Shown: positions 25,009 to 35,057 of the stretch, one piece after another
How positions within the stretch are numbered: the first letter of the stretch is position 1
How the letters are laid out: every line of letters starts with the position of its first letter
NCBI GenBank assembly: GCA_018716085.1
Contig: DVKK01000057.1
Coordinates: forward strand, 14,570-78,569
From: Candidatus Ornithoclostridium excrementipullorum
GTDB lineage: Bacteria; Bacillota; Clostridia; Christensenellales; UBA3700
Direction: 5' to 3'
DNA: 64,000 nt
Translations under genes and position numbers: made by a program
Notes under the pieces: generated by a model
Told to the model about the DNA's origin: nothing
Databases searched by the model: none
The model's input: only the letters and a program-made list of their open reading frames with translations

Positions 25009-25959
25009 TCAGCGTTTTTGCCCGAAAACCAGCCTGAGATCGTCGCCGACGATCTCGCGCATGAGAGAGTAATTTTTGTTGACCATACGCGACACGGTGC
25101 GTTCGCCGTAACGGCGCATCAGCTCTTCCAGCGACAGATTGGTGGTCACCATCGTACGTTTGCCGTGGTTGATACGCGATTCGATTATGTTGTACAGGTA
25201 TTCGCAGGTCACGTTTTTCAGTATGTTCTCGGCGCCGAGATCGTCGATGACGAGGAAGTCGCTTTCGAGAAGGGGCGCCATGTATTTGCCTCTCGCTTCG
25301 AGCGGAGAGGTGTGATATTTCAGCAAAAGCGCATTCATGTCGAACGCCGACGTGCAGAATACGGGTACCCCCTGCGCCAGCAGTTCGTTGGCGACGGCGT
25401 ATGCGAGAGAAGATTTGCCTACGCCAGATTGCCCGGTAAGCAGTATGAACCTGATGCGGCTGTCGTAGAATTTGTCGCAGAATTTCTTCATCGCCGAATA
25501 CAGCTTGCCGAGGTCGTCTTTCTGCGCGCACCCGGAAGACGCGCTTTTGTCGTCCGCAAAGCCGAACTGCGGGATATGTTCCGCGCCGCACGAGGCTTTG
25601 AGAAGCTCCATATATTCCCTCTGCGCGCAGGAACACAGTTTTCCGTGCGCGAACCCCCTGTCTTCGCAGATCGGGCAGCGGCGGTGTGCCGCTACGTCCA
25701 GACCGTACTTTTTCAGTACGTCGGCGTAAGCGGCTTCGGCTTTTTCGAGATCTGTTTTCGCTTTTTCGGCGTTTTCGGTCTTTGCGGCGGCGGCTCTCGC
25801 ACAGGCTATCGCGGCAGAGTTCCTGTCCGCTTCCGCCCGTGCGAATTCGGGTATCGCGCGGGCTTTGTCCAGCCGTCTTTCGGCGTCCGCGTCTTCCGCC
25901 CGACGAACGGCGTCGCGCGACGCGCGTATCTGTGAGTATATCCTCTCGCGTTCGGTCAT
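25009..25959 (-). CDS. dnaI: DnaI/DnaC-type helicase loader (AAA+ ATPase)
   Basis: Walker A LTGQSGVGKSSLA, Walker B FLVIDDLG, and an N-terminal Cys cluster CPICEDRG...CSC. It lies directly downstream of a DnaD-domain gene. Confidence 0.8.
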   Translation of the reverse strand: MTERERIYSQIRASRDAVRRAEDADAERRLDKARAIPEFARAEADRNSAAIACARAAAAKTENAEKAKTDLEKAEAAYADVLKKYGLDVAAHRRCPICEDRGFAHGKLCSCAQREYMELLKASCGAEHIPQFGFADDKSASSGCAQKDDLGKLYSAMKKFCDKFYDSRIRFILLTGQSGVGKSSLAYAVANELLAQGVPVFCTSAFDMNALLLKYHTSPLEARGKYMAPLLESDFLVIDDLGAENILKNVTCEYLYNIIESRINHGKRTMVTTNLSLEELMRRYGERTVSRMVNKNYSLMREIVGDDLRLVFGQKR

Positions 25960-25960
25960 C

Positions 25961-27406
25961 TCATACCTCTATGTCGTCGAAGTCGTGTATATCGCCGAAG
26001 AACGAGGAAAGCTCCTCCTTCGTATACTTGCGTTCGAGATCGCCCTGTCGTCTGTCGTCGTTTTTGCGTTTTCCGACCTCGGCGCGGAATATCTTTTCCG
26101 CGGCTTCGACCGAAAAAGCTTTTGCGTCGCGGCAGGCGGTGAGAAGTTTCGTCACCGCGCCGAAAGCCATGGGCCTGCCCGCGCATTCCCGCGCGGCGGC
26201 AACTATGACGTCGTCGTCGAAGCCCCAATCTTTCCACAGTCCGTAGGCGTCGCGGTCGGACGCGGTGACGCTGCGGGAGCTGCCCGTCGCGGCGATCGCT
26301 TCCTTTACGCGCTTGTCGCGTTCGACGAGAGAGGCGAGGTATTCGTTGATGCTCTTGCAGTCGAGGCAGCCGTTTTTGCGGAAGCGTTCCGCCGCGGCGT
26401 TCATTCCTCCGAGAGTACGTATGCCGTTGGTCAGACAGTATTCGGCGATCAGTCTGAGCGCGTCGCCGTCGAAGCCCTGGTTCAGCCATACGTTTACGTA
26501 ATGGGATATGACGGTGTCGAGATTTTCGTAACGGACGCCTATCGTCGAGGTGACGTCTTTCGCGAGATCGTACATCTCCTGTTTGTGCGCGGCGTACTCT
26601 TCGATCTCCTTCGGATCTATGCGGTTGTTGACGAAGTATTCGTCGAGCAGTGCGTTCAGCCTTTCCATGCCTCCGCGCTTCTTGCACTGTTTGGCGGCGA
26701 GCAGTATCGCCTCGTCCGAAAAGCCCCAGCTCTTGGTCCACTTGACGTACAGCTGCCTGTCGTCCAGATCGATCGCCGACTTTTTGCCCAAGGCTTTGGC
26801 GATCCGACGCAGACTTTCTGTCGAGGAATCTTCCAGCTCGATATGTTTTTCCGCGTCCTCCACCGTGCGTATGCCGAGCGCATACCACGCTTTGGCGACC
26901 GCGAGCACGTAGTTGGATCGGATGTCTTCTCCTTTCATCCTCACGCAGTATCCCGCGACGAGCAGAAGCACTTCGTAGGGGAGGCGCGTTTCTTCAAGGA
27001 ATTCGTAATATTTGGTGTATTCTCCCGCAAGCAGCATTCGCGATCCGAAGATGCTTTGCAGCTGCGCGTTGAAATCGGTGAATTTGCCGGGTTTATAGAG
27101 CTTGATCTTCTGCCCGGGACGGTTGTATCGGACTTCGAGAGGGGACTGCGACACTATCGTGACAAGACCTTCGTCGCGCCAGTACGCAAAGGCGTCCGCC
27201 AGCGCGCTCTCGGTCATTCCGAGCACGTTGCAGACGCTCTCGACGGTGTTGTCGGCAAGTATCGGAGAGGAGCAAAGATAAAGCCCGTAAAGATAGACTT
27301 TGAGCTTGTCCCCGTCGGCGTCGGGCAGGTTTTCGCGGATAAATCTGTTGTCGATAACGGTCGAGCCTTCGTTCGCCGCGTCGACCGCCATTCTGCAAAG
27401 CGCCAT
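25961..27406 (-). CDS. DnaD-domain replication initiation/membrane attachment protein (Firmicute DnaB-like, not the helicase)
   Basis: 481 aa. The N-terminus FIRENLPDADGDKLKVYLYGLYL and repeated DnaD-like C-terminal segments (WG..DE.I..A) fit this family. Its stop is 1 nt from the dnaI-like start. Confidence 0.7.
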   Translation of the reverse strand: MALCRMAVDAANEGSTVIDNRFIRENLPDADGDKLKVYLYGLYLCSSPILADNTVESVCNVLGMTESALADAFAYWRDEGLVTIVSQSPLEVRYNRPGQKIKLYKPGKFTDFNAQLQSIFGSRMLLAGEYTKYYEFLEETRLPYEVLLLVAGYCVRMKGEDIRSNYVLAVAKAWYALGIRTVEDAEKHIELEDSSTESLRRIAKALGKKSAIDLDDRQLYVKWTKSWGFSDEAILLAAKQCKKRGGMERLNALLDEYFVNNRIDPKEIEEYAAHKQEMYDLAKDVTSTIGVRYENLDTVISHYVNVWLNQGFDGDALRLIAEYCLTNGIRTLGGMNAAAERFRKNGCLDCKSINEYLASLVERDKRVKEAIAATGSSRSVTASDRDAYGLWKDWGFDDDVIVAAARECAGRPMAFGAVTKLLTACRDAKAFSVEAAEKIFRAEVGKRKNDDRRQGDLERKYTKEELSSFFGDIHDFDDIEV

Positions 27407-27521
27407 TTTGACCCCTGTTGTTGAAAAATTCCGCCGGATGAGGTATAATTACCGTGCGGTGAAATAATAATAGCACAAAAACCGCGGCTTTGCAACACAA
27501 AGCCTCTGACGGAGAAAGACG

Positions 27522-27956
27522 ATGACGAAAAAAAGAACGGTCGCCGTCGTCGCTCTCGTCGTACTGACGGCAGCGGCGATATTTGCGTTTTCGGCGTGTT
27601 TGTCCGGCGAAGGAGCCTGGGCGGAGATGGGCGTGGATAAGGACAGTATAACGGGAATAACTCTCGTGTCGGGATCGGGAACGCTCAAACGGCTCGAGGG
27701 CGACAGGCTGACGGCTTTTATAGCCGACTTCGACGCTCTGACGCTGAGGAAAAGTTCGGAAGGGTTTCCCGACAACGGATACGATTACGCGGTGCGCGTG
27801 ACTTCGGAAGGGGAGGACGGATATCTCGAATACAGGCTCGGACAGCAGTTGATCCTGCACGACGGCTTCGGCGGAGCGGACGCGGCATTCTATTATCTGG
27901 ACGACGGATACGCCGCGGCGGCGGAAACGGTGAGAGCGTATTTTTACGCGATGTGA
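27522..27956 (+). CDS. Small lipoprotein, function unknown
   Basis: Signal peptide and lipobox (AAAIFAFSAC). GGAGAAAG RBS. Confidence 0.6.
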   Translation: MTKKRTVAVVALVVLTAAAIFAFSACLSGEGAWAEMGVDKDSITGITLVSGSGTLKRLEGDRLTAFIADFDALTLRKSSEGFPDNGYDYAVRVTSEGEDGYLEYRLGQQLILHDGFGGADAAFYYLDDGYAAAAETVRAYFYAM

Positions 27957-27960
27957 AGGG

Positions 27961-28212
27961 TCAGAACTGTTCGATGACCAGCGAATCGTGCCCCAGACTG
28001 TCCACGAAATCGTCGGGTTTGAACCTTACGTTTTTGAAGTCGGTGAAACGCGAAAAGTGAAGAGGGAGCAGGATCGGCGTGGAGCAGTCGAGAGTTTTGC
28101 ATATCTCGGCGACCCAACCGCAGAATCGGTCGTATGTGGCGGCGCTCTTGTCTTCGAACACGGTGTCGGAGCATATCCTGTCGCCGTCCATCAGTTTTGC
28201 CCATATCTTCAT
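27961..28212 (-). CDS. Hypothetical 83-aa protein
   Basis: An ORF with ordinary amino-acid composition. No motif recognised. Confidence 0.4.
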   Translation of the reverse strand: MKIWAKLMDGDRICSDTVFEDKSAATYDRFCGWVAEICKTLDCSTPILLPLHFSRFTDFKNVRFKPDDFVDSLGHDSLVIEQF

Positions 28213-28271
28213 ACGTTTATTATTTTACGGAAAACGGCGTTTTATGTCAACGAATTACTCCGCCCAAATGT

Positions 28272-28300
28272 TTGACAAAACACGCCTCATTTTATACAAT
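28272..28300 (+). promoter_or_regulatory. rex promoter
   Basis: TTGACA (28272-28277), 17 nt, TACAAT (28295-28300). Confidence 0.55.
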
Positions 28301-28335
28301 ATTATGTAATCGAAAGTACCTCAAGGGAGGCAAAT

Positions 28336-28965
28336 ATGGGCAATAAGGTTATTTCGGAGGCCGTAGTTAAAAGACTGCCGAGATATTACCGTTACCTCGA
28401 ACACCTCGAACAGGAGGGCGTTACGAAGGTGTCGTCCGGCTCGTTGGCCCGGCTTTTGGGGGTCACGGCGTCGCAGGTAAGGCAGGACTTCTGCAATTTC
28501 GGCGGATTCGGACAGCACGGTTACGGTTACGACGTGTCCTATCTCAAAGGCAAACTCGCCGAGATACTCGGACTGGACAGACAGTACGACATGATCATCA
28601 TCGGCGCGGGCAACATAGGCAGAGCGCTTGCCGGATACAAGAGTTTCGCGGCGGAAGGTTTTAAGGTCAGAGCGCTTTTCGACATCGAGGTAAGAGAGCC
28701 CAGGATAGGAGATATCCCGGTATACAACATCGAGAAGCTTTCAGATTACGTCAAGGAGAACGGCTGCGACATAGCGGTCATCGCCACTCAGAAGTCGGTC
28801 GCGTCCGATGTGGCGAACCAACTCGTAGCGCTCGGAGTCAAGAGTTTGTGGAACTTCGCTCCGATCGATCTGGAGGTCCCCGACGACGTATCGGTGGAGA
28901 ATATCGCGATGAGCGAAAGTCTGTACGTTCTGAGTTACAGAATGAAGAACAAGAACAAAAACTGA
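28336..28965 (+). CDS. rex: Redox-sensing transcriptional repressor Rex
   Basis: RLPRYYRYL...SS..LA...GVTASQVRQDF..FG.FG..G.GY, followed by the Rossmann motif IIGAGNIGRAL. Confidence 0.9.
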   Translation: MGNKVISEAVVKRLPRYYRYLEHLEQEGVTKVSSGSLARLLGVTASQVRQDFCNFGGFGQHGYGYDVSYLKGKLAEILGLDRQYDMIIIGAGNIGRALAGYKSFAAEGFKVRALFDIEVREPRIGDIPVYNIEKLSDYVKENGCDIAVIATQKSVASDVANQLVALGVKSLWNFAPIDLEVPDDVSVENIAMSESLYVLSYRMKNKNKN

Positions 28966-28974
28966 AACAAACGG

Positions 28975-28995
28975 GGACCGCGGAGCGGTCCTTTT
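28975..28995 (+). terminator. Hairpin/terminator between rex and greA
   Basis: GGACCGC-gga-GCGGTCC followed by TTTT. Confidence 0.5.
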
Positions 28996-29006
28996 CGGAG
29001 GGAGAA

Positions 29007-29468
29007 ATGGCAAAAGATTTCGTATTGACCCAGGAAGGTTACAACAAGCTCAAGGAACAGCTCGACTATCTCAAAAACGTCAGGAGAAAGGAAGCGTCCG
29101 AGAGGATAAAGCAGGCGCGCGAACTCGGCGACTTGTCCGAAAACGCCGAATACGATTCCGCAAAAGAGGAGCAGGGCATCATCGAGGCGGACATCAAACG
29201 CATCGAGGACGAGCTCGAGAGAGCAGTCATCATAGAGGATCCCAAGTCGTCCAACAAGGTGACGCTCGGCTGCACCGTGAGGATAAGAGAGGACGGAGAG
29301 GAAGAAGAATTCCAGATCGTCGGCACCGCGGAGGCGGACATCAAGCAGAACAAGATAAGCAACAACAGTCCGCTCGCCGAAGCTCTGCTCGGCAGAAAGA
29401 AAGGAGAAAAAATCATCGTTGCGGCGGTTGAGCCGTACGAAGTAGAGATAGTGGAGATACGCAAGTAA
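29007..29468 (+). CDS. greA: Transcription elongation factor GreA
   Basis: I place the start at [23 protein letters not shown] (ATG at 29007). Contains [16 protein letters not shown]. The track ORF begins upstream, inside rex. Confidence 0.9.
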   Translation: MAKDFVLTQEGYNKLKEQLDYLKNVRRKEASERIKQARELGDLSENAEYDSAKEEQGIIEADIKRIEDELERAVIIEDPKSSNKVTLGCTVRIREDGEEEEFQIVGTAEADIKQNKISNNSPLAEALLGRKKGEKIIVAAVEPYEVEIVEIRK

Positions 29469-29472
29469 CGGC

Positions 29473-30966
29473 ATGGAAGAACAACAGAATCTCGGAGAAC
29501 TGATAAAGATCAGGCGCGAAAAACTCGCCAAATTGATCGAAGAGGGGCACAATCCCTTCGAGGTCGTGCGTTTCGACAAGGACGCTTACGCCGACGCGAT
29601 AAAGAAAAGGTATGCCGACTACGAGGGCAAGACCGTGGCTTTGGCGGGAAGAATGGTGTCCAAACGCGTGATGGGCAAGGCGAGCTTCGCCAATCTGCTC
29701 GACGTAAGCGGCACGATACAGCTTTACGTCAGCCGCGACGATCTCGGCGACGAAAATTACGCCGCGTTCAAAAAAGCCGACATTGGCGACATCATCGGCG
29801 TGAAAGGTAAGGTCTTTACCACGAAAATGGGAGAGATATCCGTCCATTGCACCGAGGTCAAGCTGTTGTCCAAGTCGCTGCTGCCGCTTCCGGAGAAGTT
29901 CCACGGGCTCAAAGACGCCGATCTGCGCTACCGTCAGAGATATCTCGACCTCATATCCAACCCCGAGGTCAAGAACGTTTTCGTCACAAGGAGCCGCATC
30001 ATCACCGCGATAAGGAGCTATCTCGATTCGCAGGGATTCATCGAGGTCGAGACCCCGATCCTCAACACTATCGCGGGAGGAGCTTCGGCAAGACCGTTCG
30101 TCACGCATCACAATACGCTCGATCTCGGTATGTATATGCGCATAGCTCCCGAGCTGTATCTCAAACGCCTCATAGTCGGAGGTTTCGAGAAGGTGTACGA
30201 GCTGGGCAGGATGTTCCGCAACGAGGGCATGGACACCAAGCATAATCCCGAGTTCACCATGATCGAAATGTATCAGGCATACACCGATTACCACGGCATG
30301 ATGGACCTGACGGAGAAGATATTCGAGTACGTCGCCAAGACCGTCAAAGGTACGACCAAAATAACGTATCAGGGAACGGAGATAGACCTTACTCCGCCGT
30401 GGAGAAGGCTGTCGATGACGGAAGCGGTCAAGGAATACGTCGGTATCGATTTCGACGCCGGCACCGATATCGAAGAACTGCGCAGGGAAGCCAAGGCAAA
30501 GGGAGTGGAGTTCGAAGGCGAAATACCGTGGGGCAAACTGTTGTACGAGTGCTTCGATCAAAAGGTCGAAGAGAAACTGATACAGCCGGTGTTCGTCTAT
30601 GACTATCCGGTCGAGGTGTCGCCGCTTGCGAAGCGCAAGCCTTCCGATCCGAGAATGACCGAAAGGTTCGAGTTCTTTATCACCGCGAGGGAAATGGGCA
30701 ACGCGTTCTCCGAGCTCAACGACCCGATAGATCAGAAAGAAAGGTTCATGGCTCAGGTCAGACAGCGCGAGAACGGAGACGAAGAAGCGCAGATGATGGA
30801 CGAGGATTACATCAACGCTTTGATGTACGGACTTCCTCCCACGGGAGGCCTGGGTATAGGCGTCGACCGCCTCGTGATGCTGCTCACCGACCAGGCGAGC
30901 ATAAGAGACGTGCTTCTGTTCCCGACGATGAAGCCGATAGCGAAACAAAAAGGAGAGCAGTCGTAA
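29473..30966 (+). CDS. lysS: Lysine--tRNA ligase (class II)
   Basis: 497 aa containing [22 protein letters not shown] and [13 protein letters not shown]. Confidence 0.95.
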   Translation: MEEQQNLGELIKIRREKLAKLIEEGHNPFEVVRFDKDAYADAIKKRYADYEGKTVALAGRMVSKRVMGKASFANLLDVSGTIQLYVSRDDLGDENYAAFKKADIGDIIGVKGKVFTTKMGEISVHCTEVKLLSKSLLPLPEKFHGLKDADLRYRQRYLDLISNPEVKNVFVTRSRIITAIRSYLDSQGFIEVETPILNTIAGGASARPFVTHHNTLDLGMYMRIAPELYLKRLIVGGFEKVYELGRMFRNEGMDTKHNPEFTMIEMYQAYTDYHGMMDLTEKIFEYVAKTVKGTTKITYQGTEIDLTPPWRRLSMTEAVKEYVGIDFDAGTDIEELRREAKAKGVEFEGEIPWGKLLYECFDQKVEEKLIQPVFVYDYPVEVSPLAKRKPSDPRMTERFEFFITAREMGNAFSELNDPIDQKERFMAQVRQRENGDEEAQMMDEDYINALMYGLPPTGGLGIGVDRLVMLLTDQASIRDVLLFPTMKPIAKQKGEQS

Positions 30967-30982
30967 GACTGCTTTTTCGTAT

Positions 30983-32245
30983 ATGAAGAAATATCACGCT
31001 CCTCTGTACGACGCGGTATCCGCCGCGGCTGCCCGAGCCTCGGCGAGGTTCTGTATGCCCGGACATTCGGGCTCGGGCTCGGGACTTTACGCTTCCGCGC
31101 CGTTCGATCTCACCGAGATAGAGGGGCTTGACAATATGCTTTGTCCTACGGGAGTCATACGCGAGGCGGAAGACGCCGCGGCGAGGGCGTGGGGTTTTAA
31201 GAGAGCGTTGTTTTTCACCGCGGGCGCGACGTCGGCGATGCACACCGCGTTGGCGGCGGCGCGGGACAGAGGCTCCGTATATGCGGTGGGAGAACTGCAC
31301 AGGAGTTTTTGGGGAGGCTGCGCTCTGCTCGGGATATGCCCCGAAATATACGCGGACGAAGAGGCTTTTTTCCGCACCGATCCGCGCGGCGGCACGGCGT
31401 TCTTTACCGCGGTGGATTATTGCGGCGTAAAGTATCGGGAGGAAAGACTGCTTTCGTTCTGCGACGCGCACGGAGTGACGACGGTCGCGGACGAGGCTCA
31501 CGGGGCGCATTTCGCGTTTTCCGAACTGCTGCCGCAGCCTTCGCGCGCGGACGCCGTGATATACGGATTGCATAAGACGCTTCCCGTATATACCGCAGGA
31601 GCGCTGATGTGCCTGAGGTCGGACAGGGACGCGGACGCCTCCGCGTTTTACAGACAGCGCGTCCATACTACGTCGCCGTCCTATACGGTGATGGCGAGCA
31701 TCGATCTCGCAAGAGCCCGTTACGAATGCGAAGGCAGCGCAGTCTACCACATGATAAAAGAGAAAGTGAAAGAAGCGTTTCCTGCTCGCAGAGCGGGCGC
31801 GTTCGGGATATTGCAGAATGACGATTTTTCCAGACTTGTGTTGATAAACGAAGGTTACGCCGCGTCGGAATTCGTCTTGGCGCTGACGGAAAAAGGCATT
31901 TATCCCGAGGCTGCGATCGAAGACAAGGCGGTGTTCATCGTCACGGAAAACAACGCGGAAAAACTCCCCTTGCTCGCGGCGGAGGCGGAAAAATTCGTTC
32001 CTGCGCAAAAGCTTGTGCGTACCGAGCGGACCGCACGCGAGATAAGAACGGGAGGCATGCCGTGCATCGTCGACGCGGACGACTGCGCGGGATTCGCTTC
32101 CGTGGGAGAGATAGGAACGTATCCTCCCGGAGTGCCTTTCATAAAGACGGGAGAGGTGTTCACACCCGCCGACGCGGAGTTCATAAAGAAAAACGCGCAT
32201 ATGCTTTTCGGACTTGTAAACGGGCGCGTGGTTGTGTTAAAATAA
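30983..32245 (+). CDS. PLP-dependent Orn/Lys/Arg decarboxylase-family protein (YaaO-like)
   Basis: N-terminal F.MPGH motif (FCMPGHSGSG). Lies upstream of tmk, as in Bacillus yaaO-tmk. Confidence 0.65.
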   Translation: MKKYHAPLYDAVSAAAARASARFCMPGHSGSGSGLYASAPFDLTEIEGLDNMLCPTGVIREAEDAAARAWGFKRALFFTAGATSAMHTALAAARDRGSVYAVGELHRSFWGGCALLGICPEIYADEEAFFRTDPRGGTAFFTAVDYCGVKYREERLLSFCDAHGVTTVADEAHGAHFAFSELLPQPSRADAVIYGLHKTLPVYTAGALMCLRSDRDADASAFYRQRVHTTSPSYTVMASIDLARARYECEGSAVYHMIKEKVKEAFPARRAGAFGILQNDDFSRLVLINEGYAASEFVLALTEKGIYPEAAIEDKAVFIVTENNAEKLPLLAAEAEKFVPAQKLVRTERTAREIRTGGMPCIVDADDCAGFASVGEIGTYPPGVPFIKTGEVFTPADAEFIKKNAHMLFGLVNGRVVVLK

Positions 32246-32261
32246 TTAGCGGCGAGGAAAT

Positions 32262-32888
32262 ATGAAGGGAACATTCATCACGTTCGAAGGCTGTGAAGGA
32301 GTGGGCAAGACCACGCAGGTAGAAATGCTCAAAAGATATCTGTCCGAAAGGGGCAGAGATTTTCTCTTTTTGCGCGAACCGGGAGGCAACGCCGTTTCCG
32401 AAAAGATAAGAGAGCTTATACTGACTAAGGAAAACGGCGAGATGTGCGGCAGATGCGAGGCCCTGTTGTACAGCGCTGCCCGCGCGCAGCTGATCGAAAC
32501 CGTCATAAGACCCGCTCTCGACGCAGGCAGGCTCGTGATATGCGACAGATTTGCCGACTCCACTTACGCCTACCAGGGCGTGGCAAGGGGGTTGGGGGCG
32601 GATTATGTCGCAAAGCTCAACGCTCTCGCCTGCGGGGACGTCGTACCCGACCTTACGGTATTCCTCGATATGGCGCCGTCGGAAGCGTTCGCGCGAAAGG
32701 GCGGCGCGGACAGCTCCGACAGGCTGGAAAGCGCGGGCGCGCAGTTTCACGAGCGCGTTTACGAGGGTTATCTGCAAGCCGCCGACAAGTGGCCCGAAAG
32801 GATCAGGAAAGTAGACGCGAGACGGTCGCCGCAAGAGGTGTTCGCTTCGGTGCTCCGTGCGATCGCGGAAGCGGGGATAAGTCTGTGA
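32262..32888 (+). CDS. tmk: Thymidylate kinase
   Basis: FITFEGCEGVGKTTQ P-loop and DRF.DST.AYQG. Confidence 0.9.
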   Translation: MKGTFITFEGCEGVGKTTQVEMLKRYLSERGRDFLFLREPGGNAVSEKIRELILTKENGEMCGRCEALLYSAARAQLIETVIRPALDAGRLVICDRFADSTYAYQGVARGLGADYVAKLNALACGDVVPDLTVFLDMAPSEAFARKGGADSSDRLESAGAQFHERVYEGYLQAADKWPERIRKVDARRSPQEVFASVLRAIAEAGISL

Positions 32889-33874
32889 GCGCGTTTTCGG
32901 ATATACTGAGCAAGTCGCTTCCTTACCGAACGGCGAGGGAGGACAAACTCAAAGGCAGGCTCAATCACTGCTATCTGGTCCTGACCGAAGACGACGACGC
33001 GCGAAAGGAACTGTGCCGCATGATCGCCAAGGTCGCGCTGTGTCCGCACGGCGGGTGCGGGAAATGCCCGGTGTGCGAGAAGATCGACGACGGGGCGTAC
33101 GTCGCGCTTTCCGTCACCGACAAGGAAGATATGACCGTCGCGGACGTGGAAGAGATCGTTGAGGACAGTTTCTTCACCAGTTTCGACGGAGATCTGAAGG
33201 CCTACGTCGTCACCAATATGCAGGGGATGAAAGTCCAGGCGCAGAACAAGTTCCTTAAAACGTTGGAAGAACCGTCGGACGGGGTCGTTTTCATATTGGG
33301 CGCGACATCGCCGGGAGCGGTGCTGGATACTATACTTTCGCGGTGCAAAAAGCTTCCTTTCGAGGGATTCGGGACCGAGGAATTGCGTTCGGTACTCGAA
33401 GAGGAAGTCCCGACGGACATTGGAGGGCAGGATTCGGGACTGTCGCGCGGGGACATAATAAACAGGGCGGCGGTATGCGCTTTCGGAAGCTGTACGAGAG
33501 CGAGAGCTCTTGCGGCGGACGGAGAGTTCGCGAGACTGTTCTCTCTGGTCGCCGACGTGCTTGCAAAGATGACTTCGACCAAGAAACTGGACGAACAGCT
33601 GGCAAGGCTCGCGCCCGACAAAAATAATATAGGAAAGCTGCTCGACATGACCGAAACGGTGCTCACGCTTTTGTTGGGAACGGCGGAAGCGGACGGGGCG
33701 GCGTTCGGCGTGTTGAACGAACTGAAAGGGTCTTTTTCGACGGCGGCGCTGGTCAATTCGATCGGACTGGTGACGGAAGCCAAAAAGATGGCGGAGCGCA
33801 ACTGCAATCCGCTGTCCGTCGCGGACGAGCTCTTTATGGGAATTTTGGAGGTAAAATATTTATGCCGGAGATAA
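32885..33874 (+). CDS. holB: DNA polymerase III delta' subunit
   Basis: The GTG start overlaps the tmk stop (GTGA). Contains HCYL and the Zn module CPHGGCGKCPVCEKI, plus FLKTLEEP and ILSRC. Confidence 0.75.
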   Translation: MSAFSDILSKSLPYRTAREDKLKGRLNHCYLVLTEDDDARKELCRMIAKVALCPHGGCGKCPVCEKIDDGAYVALSVTDKEDMTVADVEEIVEDSFFTSFDGDLKAYVVTNMQGMKVQAQNKFLKTLEEPSDGVVFILGATSPGAVLDTILSRCKKLPFEGFGTEELRSVLEEEVPTDIGGQDSGLSRGDIINRAAVCAFGSCTRARALAADGEFARLFSLVADVLAKMTSTKKLDEQLARLAPDKNNIGKLLDMTETVLTLLLGTAEADGAAFGVLNELKGSFSTAALVNSIGLVTEAKKMAERNCNPLSVADELFMGILEVKYLCRR

Positions 33875-34752
33875 TCGGAGTTAAATTTGCCGGGAACGGG
33901 AAGTCGTACTATTTCGATCCTCAGGGCGAAGCGTTCGAGGTCGGCGACGGCGCGATCGTGGAGACCGTGCGCGGGGTCGAGTACGGAACGGTATCGATAG
34001 CAAATACCGACGTTGCGGAGTCGGAGATCAAAGGAACGCTCAAAAAGGCGATCCGCAAGGCCACGCCGGAGGACGATCTGCGCGCGAAAGAAAATACGGA
34101 ACTTGCCGAAAAGGCCATGGATATCTGCGCCGCGAAGATCGCAAAGCACGGATTGAAGATGAAACTGGTCGGTGCGGAATATACTTTCGACCGCGCCAAG
34201 GTCATATTCTCATTTACCGCGGACGGCAGGGTCGATTTCCGCGAATTGGTCAAGGACGTCGCGTCCGTCATGCACACGAGGATAGAACTGCGCCAGATAT
34301 ACGAGCGCGACGATATACGTATGCGCGGAGCGATGGGTATGTGCGGCAGACCGTGCTGCTGTATAGGATTCCTCGGAGATTACGAAAAGGTCACCGTGAA
34401 GATGGCGAAAAACCAGAATCTTTCGCTGAATCCCACCAAGGTCAGCGGTATGTGCGGCAAACTCATGTGCTGTCTTAAATACGAAAACGACTATTATGCC
34501 GAAACGCTCAGACTCCTGCCGAAACAGGGCGCGACGGTGCGGACTGCGGACGGCGTAGGCAGAGTGGACGACGTGGACGTGCTGCGCAGACGTGTCAGAG
34601 TCGCGATTGAGAACGACGACGGCGTTACCAAGACGTATTACGGCATAAGGGAATTCGAGCCTCTCGGCGCGCCTTCGCAAAAGCAGCAGCGCCGCTCCAA
34701 AGAAGAAGAGGAAGCGGAGGCCGAACTCGAAAAACTCGAAGACAAAGATTGA
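33862..34752 (+). CDS. yaaT: PSP1-domain protein YaaT/RicT
   Basis: IIGVKF...GKSYYFDP and the Cys-rich region GMCGRPCCC...GMCGKLMCCLKYE. Lies downstream of holB. Confidence 0.85.
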   Translation: MPEIIGVKFAGNGKSYYFDPQGEAFEVGDGAIVETVRGVEYGTVSIANTDVAESEIKGTLKKAIRKATPEDDLRAKENTELAEKAMDICAAKIAKHGLKMKLVGAEYTFDRAKVIFSFTADGRVDFRELVKDVASVMHTRIELRQIYERDDIRMRGAMGMCGRPCCCIGFLGDYEKVTVKMAKNQNLSLNPTKVSGMCGKLMCCLKYENDYYAETLRLLPKQGATVRTADGVGRVDDVDVLRRRVRVAIENDDGVTKTYYGIREFEPLGAPSQKQQRRSKEEEEAEAELEKLEDKD

Positions 34753-34784
34753 TCTCGCGCGGTCCGTTAGCTTTGACAAAAGTA

Positions 34785-34813
34785 TTTACAAACCGCGGAA
34801 CGTGTGATATAAT
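34785..34813 (+). promoter_or_regulatory. Ferredoxin promoter
   Basis: TTTACA (34785-34790), 17 nt, TATAAT (34808-34813). Confidence 0.55.
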
Positions 34814-34845
34814 CAAACTACAAAAACAAAAAGTGAGGTGCATTT

Positions 34846-35016
34846 ATGGCTTACGTTATCGGTGACGCTTGCATCAAATGCGGTTCCTGCGCGGAGACTT
34901 GCCCCGTCAGCGCTATCAGCGAGGGAGAGGACAAGTACGTTATCGACGCGGCTACCTGCATTTCCTGCGGCACTTGTGCGGCGGGCTGCCCGGTAGAGGC
35001 AATCAGCGAAGAGTAA
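34846..35016 (+). CDS. fdx: 2x[4Fe-4S] clostridial-type ferredoxin (56 aa; below the ORF-track length cutoff)
   Basis: My own translation is MAYVIGDACIKCGSCAETCPVSAISEGEDKYVIDAATCISCGTCAAGCPVEAISEE, with two CxxCxxCxxxCP motifs. GTGAGGTG RBS. A terminator follows. Confidence 0.9.
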   Translation: MAYVIGDACIKCGSCAETCPVSAISEGEDKYVIDAATCISCGTCAAGCPVEAISEE

Positions 35017-35030
35017 TCTTCAACCACACA

Positions 35031-35057
35031 CTCAAAGACGCTTTGAGCGTCTTTTTT
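35031..35057 (+). terminator. Ferredoxin terminator
   Basis: AAAGACGC-tttga-GCGTCTTT followed by TTTT. Confidence 0.8.

Noticed and set aside
25009-27406. The DnaD-domain plus DnaC/DnaI-like pair as a possible prophage or plasmid replication module.
   Set aside because: No integrase, repressor, structural or other mobile-element genes flank it. The pair matches the chromosomal dnaB(DnaD-like)-dnaI operon typical of Firmicutes.
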